Origin: Carcharhinus longimanus
Taxonomy: Eukaryota
Assembly (NCBI GenBank): GCA_030264375.1
Contig: JASCQW010000162.1
Span: forward strand, 95,411,631 to 95,475,630
Direction: 5' to 3'
DNA length: 64,000 bases
Of the stretch, positions 50,680 through 61,240 are shown one piece after another. A program made the translations under genes and the position numbers. The notes beneath the pieces are model-generated. The model had not been told where the DNA came from and did no database searches. It saw only the letters and a list, made by a program, of their open reading frames with translations. The stretch's first letter is position 1; each line of letters opens with the position of its first letter.

Positions 50680-51605
50680 AACCGGAACAATTTCTTTCTA
50701 TCCACTCAACTTTCATCATATCATATCTCCTCTCAACTTTCTCTTTTCCAAGGAGAACAACCCATTTTCTCCAATTTATTCATGTAACTGAAGTCCTTCA
50801 TGCCTGAAACCATTCTTGTATCTCTTTTCCGCACCCTCTATGAAGAATTCATATGCTTCCTAAAATACAGTGCCCACAATTGGACACAATACTCCAGTTG
50901 ACTTTGAACCGATGTTTTATAAATATTCATTACAACTTCCTTGCTGTTGTATCATAGAACCATAGCGTCCCCACAGTGCAGAAGGAGACCATTTGGCCCA
51001 TCAAATCTGCACTGACTACAATCCCACCCTGTCCCTATCCCCGTAACCCCATTCATTTATCCTGCTAGTTCCCCGACACTAAGGGGCAATTTAACATGGC
51101 CAAACCACCTAACCCTGGATGGTGGGAGGAAACCAGTGCTATATAGGATACCCACACAAACACAGGGAGAATGTGCAAAATTCATACAGACCTGAGGTTA
51201 GAATTGACCCTGAATCTTTGGCACTATGAGGCAGCACTGCTAACCATTGTGCCTCTATTTTATAAAGCTCAGGATCCCACATGCCTTATTAACAACCTTC
51301 TCAACCTGTCCTGACACCTTCAAAGATCTGTGCATTATTACCCGCAGATCCCTGTGTTCCCTCACCCGTTTTAAAATTGCACCATTTCATCTAAATTGCC
51401 TCTCCTTGTCCGTCTTACCAAAATGTACCATTTCACATTTTTCTCCATTAAATTTTATCTGCCATGTGTCTGCCCAAGCCAACCAAGCTGTCTATGAGCT
51501 CTTGAAGTCCATCGCTATTTCCTTCAAAATTTGCAAAACTTCTAAGTTTGATCTCATCTAAATTGTTTGAAGTTGTGCCCCACTGAAGCCAAGTCATTCA
51601 TGCAT
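50680..51605 (-). mobile_element. Old CR1 LINE fragment split by HE1
   Basis: 'gtgcccacaattggacacaatactccagttg' and 'ccattaaattttatctgccatgtgtctgccca'. Confidence 0.8.
50952..51253 (-). mobile_element. HE1-type SINE, CR1-type tail
   Basis: Reverse-complement HE1 from 'catagaaccatag' to 'gcactgctaaccattgtgcc'. Confidence 0.9.
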
Positions 51606-51716
51606 ATACATATATATATATGCCACACACTGCTGATGAGAGCGCAGACCCAGTGGGCAGGTCATGTCATACGTCATCCGTATGTCAGACGAGCGCATAC
51701 CCAAGCAGTTCCTTTT

Positions 51717-52459
51717 TGGGCAACTCTGTGTTTCCCATTCTCCCCGCCGCTCACTGGTGACATATTGAAGTTCCCACCTCGGGAACCTCATTTCAAAACA
51801 TTTTGATATAATTAGCGGGATTCCCCCCATATCCTCCCCCTCGATTTGTAACTCCCCGCTTACTGACGTGATGTCACGACGGTGAGGTTCACAACTGCTT
51901 TTCCAAAATGGGATACAAGTGAAGGGAACCTGTTGGGGGATCAGGTAAATATAACCCTTGGGGGGGGAGAGGGACATGCCTAGGTAGCACCCTGGCGTTG
52001 CCCCCTGGCACCCTGACTCATCATCCTCACACTCCCTTTGGCACAATTCCCTGTCACTGCTCCCTAGCAGTCTTGGTACTGTCAAGGGACACTTCCAGGC
52101 AAGACTTTGGGGTAGCTCCATTCGGGGGAGTTCCCCCTTATCTGTTGGGGTGCTTCCCGTATGCATATGTGGATTCCCCTGTGTCCATGGGAGGGGGCCT
52201 TGTATACATGGGGGGTACCCCATGTCTGTTTGATGGGGGGCCTTTTGGTTTATATCAGTAATTGGGGCACCACTTAACAAGAGCAATCTTGGTATTCCTG
52301 CTTGCTGGCATTTTCCTGCCCCACCTTGCCAGCGTGACAGGACCGTATCTCCAGAAATTTCCTCTCAGAGTGCTAGAGAGATTGTGCAGCCCGTGAGCTG
52401 CAGACCAGTTTTCCCACCTCAGCCAGCACTCTGTACATAGAATGGAAAATTCTATCCCT
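51717..52459. mobile_element. GC-rich non-autonomous DNA transposon
   Basis: CpG-rich block ending 'agaatggaaaattctatcc'; style similar to 21073-21900 and 13680-13965. Confidence 0.45.
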
Positions 52460-53569
52460 TAGGTTTGGATTAACATGGAAAAGGCTTTGCATTACAGCTC
52501 TGCCAAGACTTTAAAGCTTGCCATGTTTCCTGTATCAGTCTACTATTCAAAGAAAAACGAGACGGATTGAGAGAAAGCCCAGCCAAAATTAGCAGGTGAG
52601 TACTTAGAAACTGAGACTGAAGGCAAGTCCACTCGATCCCATTTGAAGGCAAGCTAGGTCATAAAGCAGAATATCATCATTAGTATCTTTGCTGCCCAAC
52701 TTACATGCACAATAAAATCAACCAATATTTTCTCATTATCACACTCCAAACTTCTACATCAGTTATCATAATCTCTAGTTCCATTTCTCTCCTGATATCT
52801 TATTCAGTTTCATCCAAAATGAAAAATCAGTTGAAAAAAAGCTAATCTATTTTGTTCTGTTTCAATCCACATGTGGTATGTGTGGTCTGAATGCCTTAAC
52901 CTGATGTCGCTCCCTTGTGAATCTTTATGGTGTGTGTCCTCTATTCCCTCAGTTGGTTCTCCAGTTTGATGGTTCCCCTGTGGCTGTTATGGTCAGTCCA
53001 TCTCTCCTTGCAGAGGTTTAGTTCTTTCTTGTGTTGGGTCCTGATATCATTCTTCAACTGCTTGCTATGGAAGTTGCCTGGTCTTGCATGCTAGCTGGCA
53101 TAACATGAGATGGATGCTTGGGTAAAAGAGATGTGTCATCACACTGAGATACAGGTCGATAATCTCCAGTGACATTTACTATCCCCCTACTATGAAATAC
53201 CATATGGGTAGCAGACTGCAGGGCAACCAGGTACTGACAGGGTAACTTGACTGTACATTCAAGCTCATAGCATGTGTAAGTGGACTGCCTAATTGGATGG
53301 GAAGATTTTTAAACCATTAAATATTAAGGTAATGACAGAACTAGCAGCATTCAGTTAAAAGACTTTAAAAATGAGTTTATAAGCTAACAAGAAGCAATTT
53401 ACACACGTGAGATGCAGTAATTGATTCAAACAAGTGATTATGATTGTAAAACACATATGCTGATATATTGAATGTATAATTATTGATTTTAAGGAAATTT
53501 GTTTGCTTTGGCCAAAAACAATTTACTGCTAGGCATCACAGTAAAAAGACATTAGGGTGAAACCAAGTC

Positions 53570-54160
53570 TTGTGTGAGTAATTGAACCTTCAAAATATGC
53601 AAGCTTTATCAGTTAAAGTTTCAGTTGGAAAGGACGTTTAGAACACTTAATCATATTTCATGAATAGGATTTATTCACTGTCTAGACGAGCTGGACTGTG
53701 CCTAGACATGGTGTCATGAGTTAGTCTGGTTAGACAGTGATCTTTAAGGGAACCCATGAGAATGTTTATTTGAACTCTGGGCTGAGCATCCTAAGCTACT
53801 AGGCAATCAGCCAAGACAGGAGTTAGTGTCTGGATTTCACGGACTAATAAAGGACTGTTATGCTGAGGAGTGGAATATGATTGGCTAAAGCATTTGATAA
53901 GTATTATTGCTGATTTGTGTATCCTGAAAATGATTGATTTAAAATTACTGAAAGGCAGGAATGATTGATGAGAAAAAACTGTTTTTGATGATGTATGTTA
54001 GATTCATCAGGGAGGTTTTGCTGCTGTATGTCAGAGCTACTTAACCTTTTGATGAACTCCTGGTTTAAATAAAGCTATGTCTTTAAGACAGAGACAGGCT
54101 TCGTGAGTCTTGTCTGAACTTTGGGCAGTACCGGTCTCCTCGGTTACTCCACCAACAGTA
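53570..54160 (+). mobile_element. Possible solo LTR
   Basis: AATAAA at ~54068 followed by U5-like sequence ending 'ccaccaaca'; start uncertain. Confidence 0.3.
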
Positions 54161-55798
54161 TGCAACCAGATTCAGCGCATTCGGAATAGAAACTCTACCT
54201 GGACTCAGAACGTGTGTCATTGAAGTTTCCACTGCAGGTTGTTCTGGAATATTTGCTTTATTCATGGCGATCTTCCTATATCTCTGCAAAGGTGAAGCTC
54301 AAATGGCTAAGTGGCCTCCTCCTGTTTCTATGTTCCTCATAGTAAAAATAGACAAATGTGGGCTCCCTTACCTGACCAACTCTCAGCAGACCAGAATAAT
54401 TTTTTTTTTGCAATTGCATTTGTGGTTGATAGATATGGGAGATTGAATTGATTGTCAGTTCTACCCACTGATCAGAGATTACCCCTCTCTTCCAAAGAGA
54501 ACATTCTTCCTTTCGTCATCTTGATGAGTAACATCTCCAATTAAGGGACAGACTTGCTCCTTTTCATCCTTTGCTGCTATAATCAAGTGGTAACAGGGAA
54601 ATGTTTGATTTCCACCATATATCTCCGTTGCAAGCAGCAGACCTTAAAGTAATGCTGACTTGTCAGATGTCACACCCTTGCACATCAGCCAGACTGTGAA
54701 GATGAGAAAGTTGAGCTGAGTTGTGCACTGTGAATACAAATCGCAATTGTTCCGCTACCTTGGTAATGAGGCAGGATAGATGAGCCTCACTACAGATCAG
54801 AGTGTTTGCAGTGACTATGCTGGAACACTGTTAGTTATGCATTTTCATAGCCATGTTTTGTGTACAGTGTGAACAGCAAATGTTGGCACCTTATTCAACA
54901 GTGTGAACGTTATGGTTGGAATTCAGAGCTAAGACATTTGTCTAAGTGCTGATTGGAGACTGTCTGTACTATCTTAGCAAGGAGCCACAGAAACAAATAC
55001 ATACAACACAGTTGTTGAAGTTTAGTAAGAAAATGACAATTTGTAACATTCTAGGTTATTAATAAGATAATTTTATCTATCACGATTTTTACGAAGATGT
55101 AACCTGATTTTATCTGTGCTATTTTCTATGCTGTTCCTGGCTTTGCCTGAATATTATTCAAATTTTCATAGGATATAAGTATTGACCAAATTATTATTGG
55201 ACATTAAAAATATTATTGACCAAAGAACTGACCACAAACCATTTCTTAAATATTGTTTGCATTAGAACTTTCTTGACAGCTTCCTGAAAGAAGTTGCTTG
55301 AGAACCCTGGCCACAGAGAACACAGAAAAAAAACAAGAAACATAACCTGCATTCAATATTTAAAGAAAATAATTTAAATCGGATCTACTTATGTGCCTAT
55401 GCAAGGGTAGTGGCATGATTGATAGGCTAATGTATGAGCAATACTGAAATAAAAAGTGATTTGTTTAAAGTCACTCAGCATCCTTGCTATGTTAATATTA
55501 CCCAAGACTAAATAATCAACTTAGGATTTCTCCTGGAGCTAATTTTGGAGAATCCTGGTGCTGTTTGGTTTGGCTTAATGTGCTGTTTTAAATCTGAATC
55601 GACCTTAAGCAGAGTTTCCTTCACACTCGTTCTGTCGANNNNNNNNNNNNNNNNNNNNNNNNNNNNNNNNNNNNNNNNNNNNNNNNNNNNNNNNNNNNNN
55701 NNNNNNNNNNNNNNNNNNNNNNNNNNNNNNNNNNNNNNCGGAGATGACGGGGGGTGGGGGGTGGGGGAGGTTGGGGGCAGTTGGGCCCTTTCACTCAC

Positions 55799-56038
55799 TT
55801 TGCCAGTGCTAAGATGGAGATGAAACAGTTGTGGTCAACTGACCTCCCAATAATGCCTTTCTTCTTCATACCTCCTCCTGAGAAAGAGCTCAACATCACA
55901 CGACCCCAATCCTCCAGCTCAGATTTGGAACAGTGTGGAGAAACTGCAGGTGCAAACACACGTCCTGCAATAGAAAAAAAGTGTTGTCTGGAAAACCGTG
56001 CAGTTTGTGAGTTGGACAGAATTCCAGAGTACATTACT
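55799..56038 (-). CDS. Candidate internal coding exon of an unidentified gene (240 bp, phase 2-2)
   Basis: Acceptor ttaatttattttttcag and donor AAA|gtgagt. One frame is open throughout (VMYSGILSNSQTARFSRQHFF...HNCFISILALA). No homology recognised. Confidence 0.25.
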
Positions 56039-57412
56039 CTGAAAAAATAAATTAAATGTAAATTGAGAAGGGATAAATTAATCAACAGAGGGAAATGCAA
56101 ATTAACTCGGACCAATTGGGATAGAGAAGATATGAAAGCTCTCTGGACCTGGGCCTGAGAGGTATGATGTGCCCTTAGTTCCAACACTGTTTATCAGTCA
56201 ATAACTAATTACCCTCCCAGGTCCTAGAAATGTTCCTGGCAAAGTCCCAGTTTACACAGCTAATGATCAAAATTGTTCCCAGAACTGTTTATGGAAAGTT
56301 GCCAAATCCCTGCGATAATTGAGACTAATATTATGCCTCTTCAGAAATATTCTAAACATAAGGCATCACAACAGACATGCTTTCAAACTGACGCCCTGAT
56401 TTTTTTTTAATTGTGCGAAATTAGATTGTGCTAAATGGTTAAAGATTCATTTCAAATCCATCATATCACAAATCTAAATGATATTCTCCTCACTGCGCAA
56501 GAGATTCCCTGTAAAATTAGATGTTGGCGCTTGAAAAATAGAAAGAATGGGTTCCTGCAAAGTGTCTGTTTTCAAGGGCTCTGGAAGGATAAAATATTAT
56601 TTGAATATTTTAGTGTTTTCATGCTGTTGACTTCACTTTGGCAGAGCTGTGCAACATCAGCACAATATTTTAAGAGGAACCATGTGTTGTTTATATTTGT
56701 TAATAATGCTTTAAGAGTTCCCAAAGCAAACAGGATATTGCCATTTTTTAAAAAGCAGCAGTTTACAGAAGTTGCCACATATGAAGTGCAGGTGCTGCTC
56801 TGTTAAGAATTACTTCCCATTGCCAAATTGAATGCTGAGGTTACCTACAAAGTGAAGTTTGTAAAACGGTTGAAGCATCTTTAAACAAAAATCTCTTGCA
56901 CATTGTGTACTCAATATCTATATATTATAATCATCAGCATTTAAAAGAGTGAAAGTTGATTTATTAAAATATCCAATCTACAGTGCAAGAAATGTAAATT
57001 TTACAAATCAGTGTTTGATCTGGAAAATAATACTTAATCTTCATCAATCCAAGGTTCAGCTGGGGTTCAAATGAAAACAGGAGAATGGAAGGATATATCT
57101 TTCATTACCTATACAGCCTAAGTGGTGTAGATCATGTATATATTGCAGTTTCCTGTCTCAGATACTGCGCCAATGCTAACACTATACATTGTGTCACACT
57201 AATATTGCTAGATTACTTTAACTTCACTGCTTCTTCTTTATTGAACTGTTTTGTGCTCTGTTAGTTGTCCAGAAATAAGCAGACAACTTGACTTTGAACG
57301 CTCCACTTTACTCAGGAGACTGGACAAACTTGGCACCACTGTACAAATAAAGCAATGTGCAATTTGGTCATAAGCACTGCAAGGCTGTGAAGGTAAATGG
57401 CGTTTTGTGCTC

Positions 57413-57590
57413 TGGCCCAGTCTGAAAGACACGCTGGTTAGGTGTATTGGCCTTGTTAAATTCTCTGTCAGTGTACCTGAACAGATGCCGGAGTGTGGCA
57501 ACCAGGGGATTTTCACAGTAACTTCATTGCAGTGTTACTGTAAGCCTACTTGTGACACCAATAAATAAGCTTTAAACTTTAAGCTTTAAA
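57413..57590 (+). mobile_element. 5'-truncated HE1 subfamily B SINE
   Basis: 'cagtctgaaagacacgctggttagg...ttcacagtaacttcattgcagtg...ttgtgacaccaataaataa'. Confidence 0.85.
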
Positions 57591-59419
57591 ATAGAAAATT
57601 GAAGGGCAGTTACTGGATGGTTAGTTTCTCATGAAGACAGACACACTCCTTTTGTGGTCTCCCACCAAGCTGTCTGTTCATTGTCCTTTACTACTAAGCG
57701 GTTAAACTGGTGCAGCTGTGGTATCCAGACTGTCAAATCACCCAGGGCACACAGGTCTAACCTACGGAATTGTGTAGGACTCACAAGGAATGTATTATAC
57801 ATGTGAAGACAATTCCGAGTCCCCATTGCAGTGATGCTAGAATGGAAATACACCGATGAACCTTGTGTAGTCTAGCTGGTGCTGGAATTTACAGAGCATA
57901 CAGATATCAGGAGAGCGCATTATTTAATTTAATAGCAACACTGTTTTAAACGTATCAACACAAAAGGCAAACTGCAGATTTCCATTAGGTAAATGACAAT
58001 TTGATATGAATTCAGTGTGGTTCTCACCTCGCGTTCATCGCTTCCAATTAATGTTCACAGCTGCTCCAGACTTGCAATCAACAGATTGTTAGACAAGCAT
58101 TTTCTGTAGCCATGACAAACCTTGAATTATGAGGTCAAACCAAGCATTCCTAATACATCCAATAGCTATAATTTACTGTCTGATTATAATAGTACACACA
58201 AACATTTTAATGATTTAAGTGACATAGTGTAAAGATGAAATCCCTTTATTTTAAAAGGGTTGATAACCCCTGAAATATGTTGCTTTTAACAACAATATTA
58301 CAAAGTTTTATTGATCAGTATTTTATTGCAAATTTGACATCTGTTATATATAGGTTGTTAATCGAAGTTGAGGTAGATTTTCTGCAAGCGTAGTACAGCT
58401 GTATGACTACAATTTATTATTTTGAATATTATAGTGCAGGTTACTCCAGTGCTTTGCAGATATATGCATGGTCATCAGTGTAGGGTAACATAATTATAAT
58501 GCAGGGCACACAATGGAGGGAAATGGAGGAGAAGGACATCTTTGCGATAATTTCTTTCATCTCCATGACTGAGTTGCAAAATGGTTGAGAATCTGAGAAT
58601 CCTTGGTACAAATCATTTTTGCTGTATTGCACACAACTGGTAGCAGAACGGAGGGTCACTCATCAGCTGCACTGTCTTTAATGTGTTGGCTGAAGTTGAC
58701 CAAAAGTTATAAGATTGTATTGCACTTTGCTTGTGTGATCTTCTCTATATTACAGAAGGATGTGTAAAAGAGAGGTTTAATAAACTGTTGTTTACATAGG
58801 CCTGAAATTTTGTATTGCACAAATGTGTTAGTGTTTGTGTCACTAAAACCTGAAGTTGGGGATCTCAATGCCTGTTGTAAAAATCAGTCTGTTTTAACCC
58901 TTATACGGTGGACAAATAACTTTGAGTAGACGTCTTATTAGAACAAATAATATTTATTTCAACCTACACAATCAATAATCACCCACCCGACCAACAATAA
59001 GTTAACTTACAGAAAATACTAGAATTCAAGTATAATACAAGACCTTGACTTAACTTTGTGTGACTGACAAGTACCCAAACAGATACTGGCCTTTATCTCT
59101 ACACTGGTCTTGGTAGTTGTCTGCGTAGTCTGGTCCTTTTGTCTGGTCTGGCACTCTGGTTCTGATCTTCTTTCTTTCCTTCCTTCTCAGGTGTGGTGTC
59201 TCTCCGTCGTTGTAGCTTGTTCGTGGGNNNNNNNNNNNNNNNNNNNNNNNNNNNNNNNNNNNNNNNNNNNNNNNNNNNNNNNNNNNNNNNNNNNNNNNNN
59301 NNNNNNNNNNNNNNNNNNNNNNNNNNNAACCTCGAAAGCTTGTGCGTTTACTATCAAATAAATCGGTTGGACTAAAACCTGGTGTTGTCAGACTTTTTAC
59401 TGTTTTTATCTCTCTGCCA

Positions 59420-59832
59420 TTGACAACAATGATTCAGCTGCCAAGGCCCTAAGCTCTGGAATTTCCTCCATAAGCACCTCCACCTCTCTTTCCTTCAAGT
59501 TACTTGTTAACACCTATGGCTGAATCTTGTACTCTTGTTGGTGGTGAGCTTGGAGGTGGGAAGGGCATTTACTTAGGCGGGCTGGTGGATATCAGAATCC
59601 ACCACCACTGCCCCGCGCCCACTCCCCCCCCCCGCCCCCCGCAAGCTTCAGTGATAGGAAAGGCACTCGATGTCTCAAGATTCCATCCTCTCTCTTTGAT
59701 TAATCTTTTGATCATCTGCCTTAATACCTCCTTCTGTGGATTGGTCTCAGATTTTGTCTGAAAATATTCCTGCTTTCCCCTTGGGATGTTTTAGTATATT
59801 AAAGGTACTATATAAATACAATTTATTGTTGT
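59420..59832 (+). mobile_element. L2-like LINE 3' end interrupted by a MITE (59518-59688)
   Basis: 'ttcagctgccaaggccctaagctctggaatt...ttgggatgttttag..attaaaggtactatataaataca'. Insert bounded by ggctgaatcttg / caagattccatcc. Confidence 0.7.
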
Positions 59833-60229
59833 CTATCATATGCACAGAACTTACATAAGATAGGACTGATAGTTTGAACTGTAAGAGAAAGTCTTTTCTT
59901 TAATTAATAATTTACATATGAAAATAAGAACGTGATTAGTATAGTTCTTAATAGCATAACAATCATACAAACCAAAATGATGTGATTACTGTTTTTTTAT
60001 ATAATTTTGTTTTAGTTACCTTATATTTTACTGTATAAAAGTTATACTCAAGTGCTCTACAATGTTTTATTAAAGTTAAAAGCCTACATGATTTACATAT
60101 GCAAATTAAGTCTAGTGACTACAATGTGCTAATGATATCATAGATGGTTTATACTTATATTCCAAAGAGGCCTTCTGGCACAGTGGGCCATGACCCTATC
60201 TCTCAGTCAGAGACTCCGGGTTTGCTCCA

Positions 60230-60340
60230 GGGGTAGCATAGTGGTTAGCAGTTCTTCCTCACAGTGCCAGGGATCCAGATTCAGTTCCAGCCTTGGATAA
60301 CTTATCTGTGTGGAGTTTGTACATTCTCCCCATGTCTTTG
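60230..60340 (+). mobile_element. HE1 SINE 5' fragment
   Basis: 'gcatagtggttagca...cctcacagtgccagggatcc...tctgtgtggagtttgtacattctcccc'. Confidence 0.8.
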
Positions 60341-60942
60341 TCAACCTAAAGATCCTTGTAACTTGCCTATAGCTAAGGGTAAGAGTGGGCAAGTTTCTTG
60401 TTAGTGATGCGCACTGCACCCCTCAAGTTACAACTTCTGGCTTCAGGCTACTGAATTGTTCCAAGAAAAAATAAGCTATGGAAAACAGACGTAAGCATGT
60501 GCTTTGTCTGCCTCATGTGTCTCTAGACATGGAAAGTGTTCTACATTTAATTACATTCCCATGTCTCACAATTAATTATGATGTGAAATGTTTCTAGCTG
60601 CGACAAAACAAGATATAGATATCAGTTTTCTCTCTTCCTGAAACTATATGTTGCCCAATGAAAGGGAGCATTAGCAGAACTAAAGCATGAAAAAATATAG
60701 CCATGACAAAATATGTTAAATAAAGTATAAAATTTCATTGATGCTAAGTGAAAGCACTAGCTCCTTTTTTCATGTCTGAAATAGTAAAACTGTGTAAAAG
60801 CAAAACACTTTAGTTGCTAGAAATCTGAAATAAAAGCAGAAAATGCTGGAAATACTCAACACGTCAGTCAACACCTGGGGAAAGTGAAGCATTCCTTTCA
60901 ATGATGTTAAATGTTAATTTGGGTTCTCTTTCTCCAGATGCT

Positions 60943-61240
60943 GTGTGGCACAGTGGCCTCACAGCACCAGGGACCTGGTTCCATTCCCAGCCTTGGATCA
61001 CTGTCTGTGTGGTGTTTGCACATTCCCCCCATGTCTGTGTGTGTTGCCTTTGGGTGCTCCGATTTCCTCCCACCGTCCAAAGATGTTTGGGTTAAGTTGA
61101 TTGGCCAATCTAACTTGCCACTTCGTGTCAGGAAGATTAGCAGTGTTAATTCGTAAGGTTACAGGGAGAGAGTCTGGGTGGGATTGTGGTTGGTGTAGGC
61201 TCAGTGGGCTGAATGACCTCCTTCTGCACTATAGGGATTT
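60943..61240 (+). mobile_element. HE1-type SINE, CR1-type tail
   Basis: Head, core and 'cctccttctgcactatagggatt' tail. Confidence 0.88.

Noticed and set aside
13395-59375. ORFs containing X runs
   Set aside because: They read through assembly N gaps.
5727-61240. tRNA genes
   Set aside because: All A/B-box heads run into SINE bodies; none forms a standalone cloverleaf.
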